Below are positions 61,822 through 64,000 of a stretch of 64,000 nucleotides of DNA, one piece after another (the first letter of the stretch is position 1; every line of letters begins with the position of its first letter). The position numbers and the translations under genes are program-made. Source of the DNA: an uncultured Spirochaetota bacterium (GTDB lineage: Bacteria > Spirochaetota > Brevinematia > Brevinematales > JAOACQ01); assembly GCA_963783575.1 (NCBI GenBank), contig CAWAOD010000006.1, positions 95,758 through 159,757 of the forward strand, given 5' to 3'. The notes below the pieces were generated by a model. The model was not told the origin of the DNA. It saw only the letters and a list, made by a program, of their open reading frames with translations, and made no database searches.

Positions 61822-63256
61822 ATGGATTATGAGGTTGTTATAGGTCTGGGAGTTCATGTACAGCTGAATACCAGAACAAAAATATTCTGCAATTGTTCCA
61901 CTGAATTCGGCGCAGAACCGAATACGCATGTCTGCCAGGTCTGCATGGGCCAGCCGGGTGTGCTTCCTGTTATGAATGAAGAAGCATTATACAAAGCTAT
62001 AAAAGCCGGACTTGCTTTAAATTGCAATATTTCGGATTATTCAAAATTTGACAGGAAAAACTATTTTTACCCGGACTCTCCAAAAGGTTATCAGATATCA
62101 CAATTCGATTACCCGATTGCACAGAAGGGATATCTTGATATAGACCTTCCCGGAGATGTTGTCAAAAGAATCGGCATAATGCGAGCGCATATCGAAGAGG
62201 ATGCCGGGAAACTTGTCCATACCGAAGGAATACCGGTAAGCTATGTTGATCTGAACCGCGCCGGTACGCCGCTCCTGGAGATTGTTTCGGAGCCGGATAT
62301 GCGTTCAAGCGATGAGGCTTATTATTATTTGGAGACTCCGGAATATAATGAAATGCATCGGGGTCAGCGATGTTAATATGGAAGAGGGAAGTCTCAGATG
62401 CGACGCGAATGTCTCAATCCGACCCAGGGGGGAGAAAAAACTTGGCGTTAAAGTTGAAATAAAAAATATGAACTCATTTAATGGCGTTAAAAAGGCCATT
62501 GATTATGAGGTTGAGCGCCAGATTTCATGTTCTGAGAGCGGACAGCAGATAGTCCAGGAGACAAGGAGCTTCGATTCAAAGCAGAATAGAACATTTCACT
62601 GGCAGCAAGGAAAAGGCTAAAGATTACAGGTATTTGCCGAGCGATCTTCCGCCCATTATTCCAGATAAAAACATTGTCAAGGAAATTCATGACAATCTTC
62701 CCGAACTACCGAGAAAAAAGAAAATACGGTTTATGAAAGAATATAAGATTACTTTAATTGATGCCGGGACATTGACTGATGATTCAGAGCTGGCGGAGTA
62801 TTTTGAAGAATCCTTAAAAAACGCTAAATCGGAACCGAAAATGATTGCCAATGTCCTGTTAACGGAATTTATGGGACAGGTAAATTTGAGAAATATGGAT
62901 ATAACAAAAGCATCGGCAAAAGTTCCGCCTAATGCTTTAAAAGAGCTTGTGGATTTTGTAGGTGATGGGAATGATCAGCGGAAAGCAATTGAAAGAACTT
63001 CTTCCCGAAATGTTTAAAACGGGGAAAAGTTCCAGGCAGCTCATAGATGAAAAAAGGGATGAAGCAGATTAACGATACCGGAGAACTTGATAATATGGTT
63101 GATAAAGTTATCACATCAAACCCGGAAGCTGTAGAAAAATATAAATCCGGTAAAACAAATCTTATTGTATTTTTTGTTGGAGAGGTTATGAAACTTACCG
63201 GCGGACAGGCTAATCCGAAATCGGTCAATGAGATTTTGAGGAAAAAATTAGGATGA
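61822..63256 (+). CDS. gatB: Asp/Glu-tRNA amidotransferase subunit B, multiply frameshifted
   Basis: VIGL-x-[36 protein letters not shown]-x-[10 protein letters not shown]. Confidence 0.93.
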
Positions 63257-63754
63257 AAAAATTTAAAACCCTTGTTTTAGTTTTTATAATTTTGACGCTT
63301 ACCGTAAGCTGTGACCAGGTAACAAAAAGAATAGCAAAAATTAAGCTATCCGGTGGACCGGTTTATTCATATTTTTATGATACCGTCCGTCTGATCTATG
63401 TCGAGAATACCGGGGCTTTCCTCAGCTTTGGGGCGAATTTCCCCGATAGCTTCGGCTGCTGGATTTTTATTGCTTTTCCGCTTATAATGATGGCAGTTTT
63501 GCTGATCTATATTGTTCTATCGAAAAGATTGCCGTTGCAGGTAACCATAGCTTTTTCCCTGATTGCCGGCGGCGGCATAGGCAACCTTATTGATAGGATA
63601 GCTCATCACAGGCTGGTTATCGATTTTAATGAATCGAGGAATCGGCAGTTTGAGGACCGGTATTTTCAATTTTGCGGACTTTTTCGTTATGACCGGGACT
63701 TTTATTCTGGTTTTAACAAGCATTTTTACAGGTAATCCTGATAAAACAATATAA
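63253..63754 (+). CDS. lspA: Lipoprotein signal peptidase, frameshift near 63630
   Basis: DQVTK, NTGAF, GGIGNLIDR, VIDF; GIFNFAD in an alternate frame. Confidence 0.88.
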
Positions 63755-63804
63755 AGTTCAATGCACTAAAGCCAGAAGTTGATGCTCCATGAGTATTAAG
63801 AATT

Positions 63805-63896
63805 AAGTAACCATGGGCACACAGATGTTCCATCAGAGTTTTACTTTTACAAAGTAAACAATGGCGAACATCAGTTCGCCAAACGACACGATGTCG
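63805..63896 (+). repeat. Dispersed element related to 53494-53607 (opposite strand)
   Basis: aagtaaccatgggcacacagatgttccat vs aagttacctagggaacaaggatgttccat; agttcgccaaacgacacgatgtcg vs agttcgcaacgacacgatctcg. Confidence 0.7.
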
Positions 63897-63911
63897 TAGG
63901 GAGGTTTGCTA

Positions 63912-64000
63912 ATGGACATATCAATAATCGGCGCGGGCGGTTGGGGAACGGCCCTTGCCATTCAGGCGCTTAAAAACAATCATCATGTCACCCTCTGGGC
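63912..64000 (+). CDS. gpsA: NAD(P)H-dependent glycerol-3-phosphate dehydrogenase, 5' part
   Basis: MDISIIGAGGWGTALA...HVTLW with GGAGG RBS. Confidence 0.85.
   Translation, partial: MDISIIGAGGWGTALAIQALKNNHHVTLW

Overview
AT-rich bacterial chromosomal window; a spirochaete-like anaerobe is a weak inference from gene content. Housekeeping genes (ispA, dprA, aspS, xerD, gatB, lspA, gpsA, tRNA-Val, tRNA-Ala) alternate with accessory blocks. (1) At 2-9.6 kb, a SIR2-like NADase gene and a ~1090-aa helical partner are bracketed by two diverged, inverted copies of a ~340-nt non-coding structured element. The element has a covarying mirror-repeat/triplex plus pseudoknot, long rod stems and GGA-loop hairpins. 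An IS1182 has inserted exactly into the hairpin loop of one copy. (2) At 22-34 kb is a membrane-lipid island: PlsC, HEPD-type Fe-ADH, a bCerS/YghO-like GNAT, a CarS-like CDP-archaeol synthase homologue, two divergent PssA/Psd pairs and a GC-rich single-chain PlsAR/Ger-like reductase. (3) At 42-53 kb is a signalling operon with a methyl-accepting-coiled-coil hybrid kinase and a CheB-CheR fusion. (4) An IS630 lies next to tRNA-Ala. Many frameshifts, including in the normally essential gatB and lspA, indicate sequencing or assembly indels, so most 'pseudogene' calls are provisional. All family assignments are from motif recognition by eye; no searches were run.
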